Program-made: the position numbers and the translations under genes
Notes under the pieces: generated by a model
The model's input: the letters and a program-made list of their open reading frames with translations, nothing else
Databases searched by the model: none
Told to the model about the DNA's origin: nothing
Assembly (NCBI GenBank): GCA_963849325.1
Contig: CAWKHF010000006.1
Location: forward strand, 288,001 to 352,000
From: an uncultured Planctomycetota bacterium
GTDB taxonomy: Bacteria; Planctomycetota; Planctomycetia; Gemmatales; Gemmataceae
Direction: 5' to 3'
Length of the DNA stretch: 64,000 bases
In this document: one piece after another, positions 1 to 10,910 of the stretch
How the letters are laid out: every line of letters starts with the position of its first letter
How positions within the stretch are numbered: the stretch's first letter is position 1

Positions 1-399
1 CGGCAGATGGATCAGACGCGCGTAGGTGTCGCGGCGCAGGTCGGCCAGGCTGCGCTCCGATACCTCGACGAACCACAGCGATTGCACGAATGAAAGGGCC
101 GATTGCACACCCAGCAAAGCGACCAGGGCCAGGGCGATGCCGTTGACGTTGTGAGGCCACGGCTGCGGGGTGTCCGCACCCGCGATGGCACGGTTGACCA
201 GCAGGCCGACGAGGTACGGGAAAGCCAGGCCGCACAGGCTGGACAGCAGCAGGGCGATGAGGGCGCCGGCGAACTTGAGGGCGTAGGGTCGCAGATAGTA
301 CACGAGCTGCCCCGCTTCGCGGAGAGTCGTGCCACTGAAGGGCACGGCAGGCAGGTCCTCGTTCGCCTCGATACCGGCGCGGTGCTTGTGTCGGGCCAT
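1..399 (-). CDS. ABC transporter permease/ATP-binding protein (MsbA/MdlB-like), N-terminal part; runs off the window
   Basis: Manual translation from ATG at 399 (not in ORF track): MARHKHRAG...YLRPYALKFAGALIALLLSSLCGLAFPYLVGLLVNRAI...VSERSLADLRRDTYARLIHLP, typical ABC transmembrane domain start. Confidence 0.8.
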   Translation of the reverse strand, partial: MARHKHRAGIEANEDLPAVPFSGTTLREAGQLVYYLRPYALKFAGALIALLLSSLCGLAFPYLVGLLVNRAIAGADTPQPWPHNVNGIALALVALLGVQSALSFVQSLWFVEVSERSLADLRRDTYARLIHLP

Positions 400-554
400 G
401 ACGATCCGTCTCGGACGGAGAGGGCGAGCGTGGGTCCGTGTCATTTTAGGCGCGGCGGACAAGCCCGCCTCGGCCCTTGGGCTTGCCCCCCGCGTCGGCC
501 CTTCTCTACAAAAAGAGAAGGAAAGAACACGGACAGAGGAGAAAGTCTGCGAAC

Positions 555-1460
555 GTGAGCATATCATCACAGGACACACGCGGCGGACTGCTGTACGGCC
601 TGGCGGCCTACGGTTTCTGGGGTCTGATGCCGCTGTATTTCTGGCTCGTCGGCACGGTCTCACCGCTGGAGATTTTGGCCCATCGCGTCGTCTGGTCCGT
701 CGTCCTCGTCGCCGGCATCTTGACCGTGTGGCGGCGCTGGCCGGACTTGCAGCACAGCTTCCGCTCCGGCCGCATCGTCCGCCTGCTGCTCGCCAGCGCC
801 GTGCTGGTGGCCGTCAACTGGCTGGTCTACATCTACGGCGTCTGGACGCAGCGCGTCCTGCAAACCAGCCTCGGCTATTTCATCAATCCACTGTTCAGTG
901 TCGTTCTCGGCCTGGTGTTCTTCCGCGAACGGTTGCGGCTGGGACAGTGGTTCGCCCTCGGCCTGGCGACCGCCGGACTCGCATACCTGGTCTTCACCGT
1001 GGGCGAGTTGCCGTGGATCGCCCTGGCCGTGGCCGGCAGTTTCGGACTGTACGGCCTGGTTCGCAAGACGGCGCCGGTGGATGGCCTGATCGGTCTGGCC
1101 ATCGAGACGATGCTGCTGGCGCCGGCGGCGCTGGCCGGCCTGGCGGTCGGCGTCACGACCGGCACGGCGACTTTCGGGAACAACGAGGGGATGACGGATG
1201 GGTTGCTGCTGCTCAGCGGCGTGGTGACGACGATCCCGTTGTTGTGCTTCGGCCAGGCGGCGCGACGGCTGCCGCTCTCGACGCTCGGCTTCTTGCAGTA
1301 CGTCGCGCCCAGCATGCAATTTCTGTTGGCCGTGTGGGTGTTCCGCGAGCCGTTCCTGCCGGCGCAGCAGATCAGCTTCGCCTTCATCTGGGCGGCGCTG
1401 GCGATCTTCACCGGCGACGCCCTGCTGGCGCGGCGGGTGCTCAAGCCGCTTGCGGCTTAG
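555..1460 (+). CDS. rarD: EamA/RarD family DMT transporter
   Basis: GLLYGLAAYGFWGLMPLYF, EILAHRVVWS, SLGYFINPL, LGFLQYVAPSMQF motifs; GTG start at 555 within ORF 477..1460. Confidence 0.9.
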   Translation: MSISSQDTRGGLLYGLAAYGFWGLMPLYFWLVGTVSPLEILAHRVVWSVVLVAGILTVWRRWPDLQHSFRSGRIVRLLLASAVLVAVNWLVYIYGVWTQRVLQTSLGYFINPLFSVVLGLVFFRERLRLGQWFALGLATAGLAYLVFTVGELPWIALAVAGSFGLYGLVRKTAPVDGLIGLAIETMLLAPAALAGLAVGVTTGTATFGNNEGMTDGLLLLSGVVTTIPLLCFGQAARRLPLSTLGFLQYVAPSMQFLLAVWVFREPFLPAQQISFAFIWAALAIFTGDALLARRVLKPLAA

Positions 1461-1471
1461 CTTCGTAATTA

Positions 1472-1543
1472 TTTCTCGACTAGCCCGGAGCGCCAGCGAC
1501 GGGTCGAAGACCCGTCGCTGTGCGCTCCGGGCTAGTCGAGAAA
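1472..1543. repeat. REP-like palindrome between convergent genes, possibly a bidirectional terminator
   Basis: tttctcgactagcccggagcgc-cagcgacgggtc-gaa-gacccgtcgctg-t-gcgctccgggctagtcgagaaa, near-perfect inverted repeat. Confidence 0.8.
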
Positions 1544-1554
1544 GAGTTTCTTCC

Positions 1555-2139
1555 TTACTTCTTCCGCAATTCCGTCTCGACCGCCTTGACTACCTCTTCC
1601 GATTCCGGCTTGACCTTCGGCTTGAAGCGGTTGACGATCTCGCCGTCGCGGCCGATGAGGAACTTCTCGAAGTTCCAGGTGATGGGACCGCCGAACTTCG
1701 GGTCCGTCTCCTTATCGGTCAGGTACTTGTACAGCGGACAAATGCCCTCGCCCTTGACGACGACCTTCGACAGCATGGGGAAGGTGACGTGGTACTTCGA
1801 GGTGCAGAACTTGGCGATGTCCTCGTTGCTGCCGGGTTCCTGCTTGCCGAACTCGTTGGCCGGCACGCCGAGGACAACCAGGCCGTCCTTGGCGTATTTC
1901 TCGTGAAGCTGCTGCAAGCCCTTGTATTGCGGCGTGTTGCCGCAGAAGCTGGCCACGTTGACCAGCAGCACAACCTTGCCCTGGTACTGCGACAGGTCCA
2001 CGTCCTTGCCATCCAGGCTTTTCATTTTGAAATTCAGCGCGGGAGCCACCTTCTTGTCTCCTTTGTCCTTGCCTTCCGCGGAAACCAACGCGGGCGCCAG
2101 AAGCAGCAAGCCCGCCGTCAAGCCGATGAGTGTGCGCAC
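1555..2139 (-). CDS. Glutathione peroxidase family protein (Cys type) with signal peptide
   Basis: VNVASFCGNTPQY, GVPANEFGKQEPG, WNFEKFLI motifs; GTG at 2139 preceded by GAGGAG. Confidence 0.92.
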   Translation of the reverse strand: MRTLIGLTAGLLLLAPALVSAEGKDKGDKKVAPALNFKMKSLDGKDVDLSQYQGKVVLLVNVASFCGNTPQYKGLQQLHEKYAKDGLVVLGVPANEFGKQEPGSNEDIAKFCTSKYHVTFPMLSKVVVKGEGICPLYKYLTDKETDPKFGGPITWNFEKFLIGRDGEIVNRFKPKVKPESEEVVKAVETELRKK

Positions 2140-2241
2140 GAATGTCTCTCCTCGGGGTGAAAACTCTCGGACCAGCCTCTCGGGGGTGATCCGCTCGTTG
2201 CTAATGTAGACGGTTGCGGCGAAAACGGCATTCAAAATGCC

Positions 2242-2298
2242 TCCGAGCCTGAAGCGTAAGCGAAGAGTCTCCCTCTTCGCTTACGCTTCAGGCTCGGA
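2242..2298. repeat. REP-like palindrome
   Basis: tccgagcctgaagcgtaagcgaagag-tctcc-ctcttcgcttacgcttcaggctcgga. Confidence 0.8.
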
Positions 2299-2387
2299 CT
2301 ATCCGGTTCGCGCGGCAGCTGCTATGCTGTCCCCAAAGCACGGCGGAGAGGCACGGGACCGCTGACGAGGAGAGTACAAGGCCCCTT

Positions 2388-4194
2388 ATGACCGAAACGA
2401 AGCTGATCCGCAACTTCTCCATCATCGCCCACATCGACCACGGCAAGAGCACGCTGGCCGACCAGTTCCTCCTCAAGACCGGCGCCATCACCGCCCGCGA
2501 CTTCCGCAACCAGGTCCTCGACGACATGGACCTCGAACGCGAGCGCGGCATCACCATCCAGATGCACCCCGTCACCGTCTACTACGACTACAACGGCCAG
2601 ACACTACGAGCTGAACCTCATCGACACGCCCGGCCACGTCGATTTCAGCTACGAGGTGTCGCGCAGCCTGGCCGCCTGCGAGGGCGTCATCCTGCTGGTC
2701 GATGCCTTCCAGGGCGTGCAGGCCCAGACCGTCGCCAACGCCTACCTGGCGATGGAGCACGACCTGACCATCGTGCCGGTGCTCAACAAGATCGACCTGC
2801 CCATCGCCCGGCCCGACGACGTCATCGCCGAGATGGAGTCAGGCCCTGGGCATCGACCCGGCCGACGTGCTGCGCGCCAGCGGCAAGACCGGCCTGGGCG
2901 TCGACGACGTGCTGCGCGGCCATCATCGAGCGCATCCCGCCGCCGCCCGGCGAGCCCGACGACGCCGCTGCAGGCGCTCGTCTACAACAGCCATTTCGAC
3001 ACCTACAAGGGCGTCGTCGTCTACGTCCGCGTCAAGGAAGGCGTGCTGCAGAAGGGCCAGCGCATCCGCCTGATGCGCGGCGGCACCGAGCACGACGTCA
3101 TCGAGATGGGCCAGTTCCGCCCGGCCATGACGCCGTGCGACGAGCTGGCCGCCGGGCAGGTCGGCTACTTCATGGCCCAGATCAAGACCCTGTCCGACGT
3201 CCACATCGGCGACACCGTGACCGACGCCGCTGCGACCCGGCCGCCGAGGCCGCTGCCCGGCTACAAGGAGCCGAAGCCGATGGTCTTCAGCGGGCTGTAC
3301 CCGGTCAACAACAACGACTTCGAGGCGCTGCGCGAGGCGCTGGCCAAGCTGCAGCTCAACGACTCCAGCTTCACCTATCAGCCGGAGGTCAGCGAGGGCC
3401 TCGGCTTCGGCTTCCGCTGCGGCTTTCTGGGCATGCTCCACCGCGAGATCATCCAGCAGCGCCTGGAACGCGACAGCGACCTCGACCTGGTGCAGACGGC
3501 CCCCAACGTCACCTACGAAATCCTCACGCGCAAGGGCGAGACGCTCGTCATCGACAACCCGCAGAAGGTGCCCGACGCCGGCCAGATCGAGGAGTTCCGC
3601 GAGCCGTTCGTGCGCATCAGCTTCCTGCTGCCGGCCGAGAACATCGGCGACCTGATGCAGCTGTGCTCCGAGCGGCGCGGCGTCTACGTCCGCACCGAGT
3701 ACCTCAGCCCGACGCGGGCCATCCTCGTCTACGAGATGCCGCTGGCGGAGATCATCTACGACCTGTACGACAAGCTCAAGTCGGTGACGCACGGCTACGG
3801 CACGATGGACTACGACTTCCTCGGCTACCGCCCCGCCGACCTGGTGCGCCTCGACGTGCTGGTGCATCACAAGCGCGTCGATGCCCTGTCGACCATCGTG
3901 CATCGCGTCACGGCCGACCGGCGCGGCCGCAAGCTGCTCAAGAAGCTGCGCGAGGAGATCGACCGGCACCTGTTCGAGGTGGTCTTGCAGGCGGCCATCG
4001 GCAGCCGGATCATCGCCCGCGAGAACATCGCGCCGATGAAGAAGAACGTGACGGCCAAGTGCTACGGCGGCGACATCACGCGCAAGCGCAAGCTGTGGGC
4101 CAAGCAGGCGGCCGGCAAGAAGCGCATGAAGCAGGTCGGCCAGGTCGAGATCCCGCAGGAGGCGTTCCTGGCGGTGCTGGAATCGGATCAGTAG
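2388..4194 (+). CDS. lepA: Translation elongation factor 4 (LepA); frameshifted near 2600 and 2840-2960, likely sequencing errors
   Basis: [61 protein letters not shown] spread over ORFs 2388 and 2656. Confidence 0.97.
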
Positions 4195-4200
4195 CGTCCA

Positions 4201-4260
4201 TCCGAGCCGCGACCGTGAGGGAGCGGAGTTTCGCCCGCTCCCTCACGGTCGCGGCTCGGA
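4201..4260. repeat. REP-like palindrome downstream of lepA
   Basis: tccgagccgcgaccgtgagggagcgg-agtttcgc-ccgctccctcacggtcgcggctcgga. Confidence 0.8.
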
Positions 4261-4414
4261 CGAACCCTCGACTGCCCCTTGTTGGCGACGGCCCTCTTTG
4301 TGTACTATCCCTGAAGAGGGCCGGTCTGCCCACGAGCGGGTTCCGGCGCAAAATGCGGGCCGGGCGATTCCGAAGTATCCTCGGAGGCGTCTTCTCGCTC
4401 TTTCAGGGTGTCCC

Positions 4415-6602
4415 ATGCCAGACGAACACGTTCCCGGCCCGCCGTCCTCCTCGACCGGCTTTCACGCTCCTTCCGCCGTGACTCCGCCGTCCGAGTTCCC
4501 CAACGGCACACCGCCGAGGAACGGCGAAGCTCCCGCCGGTGCGGCGCCGCGGTCCCTGGCGACGCCGGAATGGCTCCTCCTGCTGCGCTGGGTGCTGGGC
4601 TTTCTGATCGTCCTCGTTTGCGGCTGGGGCTTGCTGGGCCTGGCCTTCTACCTGACCCGTTCGCACGTGAAAAGTCCCGAATTGGCCTCCGCCCTGTTCG
4701 CCGTGCTGAACCTGGGGCTGTTCCTCTATCTGGAAAAAGGTTTCTGGCTCAGCCGCTTCATGGGCCTGCGCATCGAACCGAACACGCACGCCTGGCAGTC
4801 CGCCATCATGCTCTGGCTTCTGGGCGTGCCGGGCCTGCTCTTCCGCTCGACCGACTTCCATCCCCAGTCGGCGACCGCAACGCAGCCGGTTGCCCGGACG
4901 CGCCCGGATCGCAACCGTCGCAGCGCAGCGACAGCGTCCGCGAGGTCGTCGAAACCATCGTCTTCGTCGTCGTGCTCGTCCTGCTGCTTGAAGTCGTTCG
5001 CCGCCGAGGCGTTCGTCATCCCCACCGGCTCGATGGCGGAGACGCTCCTGGGCTATCAGAAAGAGGTCGTCTGCCCCGACTGCGGCATCAAGTTCCCGAT
5101 CAACTGCTCGCGCGAGGTCGATCCCACCGAAGGCCGGCCGATGAAGACCTTCGCCTGCGTCTGTCCCAATTGCCGCCAGCACATCCATTTTCGCGGCGTG
5201 CTACCGCTGGACCGGCTCGACGCCTATGTCCGCGACAACCCCGATTCGATGGAGATCGACGATCCCGGCTGGAACAGCGGCGACCGCGTGCTGGTCGCCA
5301 AGTTCGTCTACGACCTGCTCGGCAAATGGCCGGATCGCCTCGACGTGGTCGTCTTCAAGTATCCGGGCGATTCCAGTTTCCCCCTGTCCGGCCCGCACAA
5401 GAACCACGTGCCGATGAACTACATCAAGCGCCTCATCGGCCTGCCGGGCGAGACCATCGCCATCTGCGGCGGCAAGCTCTACGTCCTCGCCTCCGACAAG
5501 GGGCCGCGCTACGACGATTACAAGAAGGCCAAGAGCGATCCGGAGATGATGGCCACGCTCTGGCAGAAGAAATACATGCACCAGGACGAGGCGCGCGAGT
5601 CGTTCCATCGGGGCCAGTTCCAGATCATCCGCAAGAGTCCCGAAAACATCCTGTCGATGATGCGCCTCGTCTACGACAACGACCACCCCAGCAAGAACCG
5701 AACCTGCCGAAGCGCTGGCTCAGCGCCGACCGCGCCTGGAACGCGGACCAGGCACACGGTTTCCGTCACAACGGCGGCGATGCCAGTACCGAGCACTGGC
5801 TGCGCTACCAGCACCTGCTGCGCGACACCTCGACGACAACCGTCCCAACGGCCAGCTGTCGCTCATCACCGACTGCATGGGTTACAACACCTACCAGGAC
5901 GGCATGCATCCGCCGCTGTTGGGCAACAACTGGGTCGGCGACCTCATCCTCGAATGCGAGGCGACCGTTGACAATCCGCAGGGCGAGCTGACGCTGGAGC
6001 TGTCCAAGGGCGTCGATCGCTTCCGCGCTCGCTGGGATCTGGCCACCGGCGTCTGCACCCTGCTGCGCGTGACGAGCACCGGCGAGCAAAAGCTGGACAG
6101 CAAGCCGACGGCGCTGAGCAAGAAGGGCGATTATCGTCTGCGCTTCGCCAACGTCGATGAGCGCCTGATGGTATGGGTCAATGGCGAGCTACCCTTCGAC
6201 AATGGCGTTCCGTATCCGCCTCCGTCGCCCGACCTGGTCGGCCCGGAGAAGGACAACGACCTGGACCGGCCGGTGAGCATCGGGGCCAAGGGAGCGGCGG
6301 TGGCCGTCCACAAGCTGCGGCTGTTCCGCGACACCTATTACACGGTCGGCGGCCACGATCACGAACGGCCCAACGACGCCGACGTCCCCGGCGTCAGCTT
6401 CACCGACCCGTCCACCTGGCGCGGCCTGAACAATCCGCCGGTGCTGACTCTGTACGTCCAGCCGGACCACTTCCTCTGCCTGGGCGACAATAGCCCCGAG
6501 AGTTCGGACGGCCGTTCGTGGGGCGCCGTGCCGCAGCGCTTGCTGCTGGGCCGGGCGCTGCTGGTCTACTATCCGTTCGGACGGGCCGGACGCATTCGCT
6601 GA
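4415..6602 (+). CDS. lepB: Signal peptidase I (S26), long planctomycete type with CxxC..CxxC insertion; frameshifted
   Basis: [15 protein letters not shown] (catalytic Ser), [14 protein letters not shown] (catalytic Lys), [14 protein letters not shown]; follows lepA. Confidence 0.9.
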
Positions 6603-6619
6603 TCCAAGGCAGGGCCGCC

Positions 6620-7002
6620 ATGACGAGCGGAGAAATCACCATCCGCGTGCGCTACGCGGAGACCGACCGCATGGGTCTGCTGCACCACGCGAACTACCTG
6701 GTCTATTTCGAGCAGGGCCGCACCGAGCTGCTGCGGGCGAACGGTCTGTCGTACAAGGACCTGGAGGACCAGGGCTATTTGCTGGTGCTGACGAAGATCG
6801 AGGTGCGTTACCGCTGGCCGGCGCGCTACGACGACGTGTTGACGCTGAAGACGACCGCGGTGCGGACGACGACGGTGCGTATCGATCATCGTTACGAGGT
6901 TTCCTGCGAGGGCCGGCTCTGGCGGAGGGCACGTCCACGCTGGCCTGTGTTGACCGGGATGGCCGGCCGCAAGCCCTGCCGGAGTTCCTGCGCGATAACT
7001 GA
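6620..7002 (+). CDS. YbgC/FadM-like acyl-CoA thioesterase; 3' frameshift
   Basis: IRVRYAETDRMGLLHHANYLVYFEQGR; C-terminus TLACVDRDGRPQALPEFLRDN in the adjacent frame. Confidence 0.9.
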
Positions 7003-7014
7003 GGAGCGAGCACG

Positions 7015-7191
7015 ATGAAGGGCACGAGTGGACACTGGGTCCTCACGATCGGACTGGCGGCGGTGCTGATCGGCAGCGGGATCGGCTGTCAACCCGCCGC
7101 GACGACGGGACCATCGCCGTCCACGGGGACGACGAACCAGCAACCCGACAAGGACAAAAAGGTGAAGCCGCCCCAGTCCGATCCGGGCTGA
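7015..7191 (+). CDS. Small putative lipoprotein (58 aa)
   Basis: Manual translation MKGTSGHWVLTIGLAAVLIGSGIGCQPAATTGP...SDPG; GAGGAG upstream; hydrophobic stretch ending in GIGC. Confidence 0.6.
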   Translation: MKGTSGHWVLTIGLAAVLIGSGIGCQPAATTGPSPSTGTTNQQPDKDKKVKPPQSDPG

Positions 7192-7216
7192 GCGGGCCAG
7201 CCAGGGAGGACCGATC

Positions 7217-7763
7217 GTGCGCCGTCGCCTGATCCAGACCGTGCTGCCTCTGGTCTTCTGCGCGGTGCCGGCGCTGGCGGCGGTGCTGATCGCCGCCTCC
7301 TTGCCGGCGCAAGCGCGCAACTTCTATCTCGACCGGCTGACCCCTCTCGACGGCCTGATCCTCGGACTCGGTGGCTCGATCTTCGTGGTGCAGATGTTGC
7401 TCGCCTGGACCGCCCTGCAGCTGGCGCGGCGGCAACTTCGACGAACGACCCGACCGCTGGCTGTCGAACCTGGCGCAGGCCGCCGAGTGGTTTCCCTTGC
7501 TGGGTCTGATCGGCACGGTGGCCGGCATCCTGCAAACATTCAGCTCCATCAAGGGTCCGACGCCGCCAGCACAGATCATCCAGCTGTACGCTCCGGCCAT
7601 CACGGCCACCGGCAGCGGCCTGTTCATGGCCCTCATCAATATCCTGCCGAGCTGGGTCGTGCTGCTGGGCCGCGACATCATCCGCTCGCTCGGCGGCGAC
7701 GCGCCGCCGCCGGACCCGCTGGCCGCCAACTCCTATCGACCGGCCGACGCCGCTCGGAGGTGA
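7217..7763 (+). CDS. MotA/TolQ/ExbB proton channel family protein; frameshifted
   Basis: EWFPLLGLIGTVAGILQTF...AITATGSGLFMAL plus N-terminal TM helices. Confidence 0.75.
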
Positions 7764-7790
7764 GCCGCCTGTTTCGGAAGGGACCGGCCG

Positions 7791-8340
7791 ATGATCCAGC
7801 TGCCCCAGCGGAGCGTGACGCGCTTCTTCATCCCGCTCATCGACGTGCTCACGTTGCTTTTCTGCATCTTTCTCGTGCTGCCTTTGGCGAAAGAATCCGA
7901 GCGACACGTCGGCGGACGTGGCGGCACTGGAGCAGCGCCTGCGCGAGAAGGAAGAAGAAGTCGAACGGCTGCGCCAGTCCGGCCGCGACATGCCGCAAGA
8001 GCTGCGCGACGAGATCGAAAAACTGCGTCAGGAGAAGGGCAAAGCGCTGCAAAAGCGCCTGTCGGTGCGCGTCCTGGAAATCGATTCCGACAACGGCAAA
8101 CTGTATTATCGCGATCCCGAACGTATCCCAATTCCGGACGAAGCGGCGGCGCACGCGCTCATCGACAGCGATCGCCGCAAGCTCGGCCAGCGCGAACTGT
8201 ATTACCTGATCCTGTATCCGCGCAGCCCGGCCAGCACTTATCCGACGCGCGGCCAGCGCGAGCGCTACGATCGCTGGTTCGAGGGCGTGGCGCTGGGTTA
8301 TGACATTCCAGGAGTTTCGGAGGGAGGGCCGCGGCCATGA
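7791..8340 (+). CDS. ExbD/TolR-like membrane protein with coiled coil; frameshifted
   Basis: FFIPLIDVLTLLFCIFLV matches the ExbD PLIDV TM motif; directly after the ExbB-like gene. Confidence 0.6.
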
Positions 8341-8983
8341 CGACGGATGGAGTGGTGAAGATCCTCGCCGTCGTGGGTGGCGGCGTGCTGGGCGGCGTGA
8401 GTCTGGGTCTGCTGGCGCAACTGCTGGCGAAGGCGTTCACCGCGCGACGGCTGCCGCGCTGGCCCGCCCTTGTGGTCCGACTGCTGGGCGGAATTATCTG
8501 CGGCTGGCTCATCGCTTTGTGGTTGTTCGGCGGCGGTGGTCCGGGTATCGGTGGCACGGGCGGCTGGGGCTTTGGTTCCGGGTCGGGCAAGGGCGAAGGC
8601 GAGAAGACAATCCAGATCGCCAGGATAGACGCCGACGGCGAGAAGGTCCGCGGGATCGCCAAAGCGCCGCCGCCGAGACGCTGCGCATCGAGGTACTGGG
8701 CAAAGACACGCTAAACGAAGCGGACTTCGCGGCCTCCCGCTGCTATCGCCTCGACACGGACGATGGCCCGCGCTTGCGGACGTTCGCGGAGGTCAAGGAG
8801 ACAGTCAAGAATCGGCAACGGGAGCAACCGCCGCTGCGCCGCATCGAGATCGTGCTGTATAAAGACAGTCCGGATCAGCGCGTGCCGCTCGTCGCCCAGC
8901 TGAAGGCGTGGGCCGCCGACCTGGACGATGGCAAAATGAAGGTGGACGTCTCGCAACCGGACGCCGATGCGCCTATGAAATAA
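8337..8983 (+). CDS. Hypothetical membrane protein; frameshifted
   Basis: Two TM helices and a Gly-rich linker (ORF 8337) continuing as ETLRIEVLG... (ORF 8300..8983); ATGA overlap with upstream gene. Confidence 0.6.
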
Positions 8984-9086
8984 CGACGGTTGATCCGTAC
9001 CGTCCTCGCCGCACTACTATTCCCATTCAATATCCGTAGCATAAGTAGAGGGCTTCGCCGCGAGAATCGGCAAGAGAGAACGACCT

Positions 9087-9443
9087 ATGAGCCTGAGAGA
9101 AAAGCCACATTACACTCTACCAGCCGCAACATTGGCTCAGTGGATCGAGGGCCAGCCTGACAAGTGGTGGTCGGTCGATGGCGACCCGCTGCTTACTTCG
9201 GTTTTGGACTTTCCGTGTCCGAGCGACGAACTTGCCCCCATGATTCGGAAGGTGGGAAAGGATCTATTGGTACAAGACAAGAACGTGACTTCTCAAGCTC
9301 ATGGCGAAGTGGTTGGAGGAGATAGGCTGGATGAATTAGCCGACATAAGCAAGAGACGGCATCAAAGAATCTTTCTCTTGTCATGGGCGAATTCGGATGT
9401 GGAGTGGCTGTTGCTCGAAGATGAGCCAATTCTTGCAACATAA
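9087..9443 (+). CDS. Hypothetical protein (low GC), partner of downstream HEPN protein
   Basis: 118-aa intact ORF with globular composition; visibly AT-richer than flanks. Confidence 0.7.
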   Translation: MSLREKPHYTLPAATLAQWIEGQPDKWWSVDGDPLLTSVLDFPCPSDELAPMIRKVGKDLLVQDKNVTSQAHGEVVGGDRLDELADISKRRHQRIFLLSWANSDVEWLLLEDEPILAT

Positions 9444-9476
9444 GTCTGACATGCTTCTCCACCGCGGCAAAAGGGG

Positions 9477-10343
9477 TTGGCCTTGCCACGTCCGCCGGTA
9501 AATTTGCACCAGAAAGTTCGGGGAGTCCTTCAGCATACTTCCCCACTGATACCACAAGCTGATCGTCCCATTCAACATTTCGAGCGCTCAGTTAATACGG
9601 GATTATTGCTCCTCAAGTACATTGACGATCATATTGATCCCAATGACGTTTATGGAAGAGTGTACGAGCGCCACCTCGGTCATCTCCGGCGCATGGTGCT
9701 TGCTGAACTAATCGAGTCATTCGAGAGATACTTGAAAGAGCTGGCGTCCGTATGCGTGGACTACCTTGCTCCCTATACGACGGACGACCGTTTTGAGGAG
9801 TTCGTTCCCAAGCGTAGCGATAAGATTGCAGCGTTCCTAAATGCCCCCACAGTCGGCAAGGCGCTCTGCGAGTCGGACACTTGGATCAACAACCCGACTA
9901 TCAACACTCGGTTTGCATCCCTCCTGAAAGACCCAGCGGGTGCCGGTTGGGAATTCCTGTTTCCTCAATCCCATCAGCAGCCCGCTATGGAACGAGATCG
10001 TGCTGCCACTTTGGCGATTCTTTGGCAAATTCGACACAATTTAGCCCATAATGTCGGTGTAATCACTCATTCGGACTCGATGAAGTTTCGTGTACTTATC
10101 GGTGGGCCTGTTGAGCCCGACCGTTGCCTTTTCCCAGCGACAAACGATCTTCGTTATGTGAAGCGGTTCTTGAGCGAATCCGCGACTCGAACCAATCAGC
10201 GTGTCGGCACACGCCTCGCTCAGCTATTGGAGGGTTTTCACTTGGTCGACCCCAATCTGTTCGATGCCCAAGCCAAAGCGGACTCGATCTCCCAGCGCTT
10301 CGATTTTTCTCTAACGATTAACGGACACGTTGGGGTGCCATAA
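9477..10343 (+). CDS. HEPN-domain protein (putative RNase)
   Basis: LIESFERYLKEL helix and LWQIRHNLAHNVG containing the R-x4-H HEPN motif. Confidence 0.65.
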   Translation: MALPRPPVNLHQKVRGVLQHTSPLIPQADRPIQHFERSVNTGLLLLKYIDDHIDPNDVYGRVYERHLGHLRRMVLAELIESFERYLKELASVCVDYLAPYTTDDRFEEFVPKRSDKIAAFLNAPTVGKALCESDTWINNPTINTRFASLLKDPAGAGWEFLFPQSHQQPAMERDRAATLAILWQIRHNLAHNVGVITHSDSMKFRVLIGGPVEPDRCLFPATNDLRYVKRFLSESATRTNQRVGTRLAQLLEGFHLVDPNLFDAQAKADSISQRFDFSLTINGHVGVP

Positions 10344-10394
10344 GGAAAACACGAAAGCAACCGCTATCGCTCGGCTGTCCGCCAATTAATGTCT

Positions 10395-10649
10395 CTAACG
10401 GTTGATAATGTAATGAACTATGCCTATTATGGCGGCGCCTATCCAGGCAGCGACAAAACCTGCAATTGCACCTACAAGGACACTCCCAAATATCGTTTCA
10501 GCAAAATGATGGGAAGGAGCTAGCAGGTAACCGCAACAGCAACCTACCACCGCACCACCCACGGAACCAGAAGTAAGGCTCGGAAAGAGGATAGCGCTAA
10601 CCCAATCCCTGCGGTCTGCCAAGCCTGCGCTGATTTGGTTTTTTCCCAT
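10395..10649 (-). CDS. Small hypothetical membrane protein (low GC)
   Basis: 84 aa with two Gly-rich hydrophobic segments. Confidence 0.4.
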   Translation of the reverse strand: MGKNQISAGLADRRDWVSAILFPSLTSGSVGGAVVGCCCGYLLAPSHHFAETIFGSVLVGAIAGFVAAWIGAAIIGIVHYIINR

Positions 10650-10910
10650 TCTTTCGCTCGTTCAACCAGAGGATAGCATTTAATTCCGTAGGCCGATATA
10701 CCTTGCCCACACGAAAGACGCAAGGACTAGTGTCCAGGCTTTGCCACTCTTTTTTTCGCAGCAACTCCTCGCGTGGCCTACACGCCTTTCCGAACGGCCG
10801 TCTGTAAGATGCGGCGATCCTTCCCTGATGGGAAGCATCCGATACACTGTTTCAACCGCTCAATTTGCTACACTGAGCAGGGGGATAGGTTCCTCTCAGC
10901 GGATCGTCTT

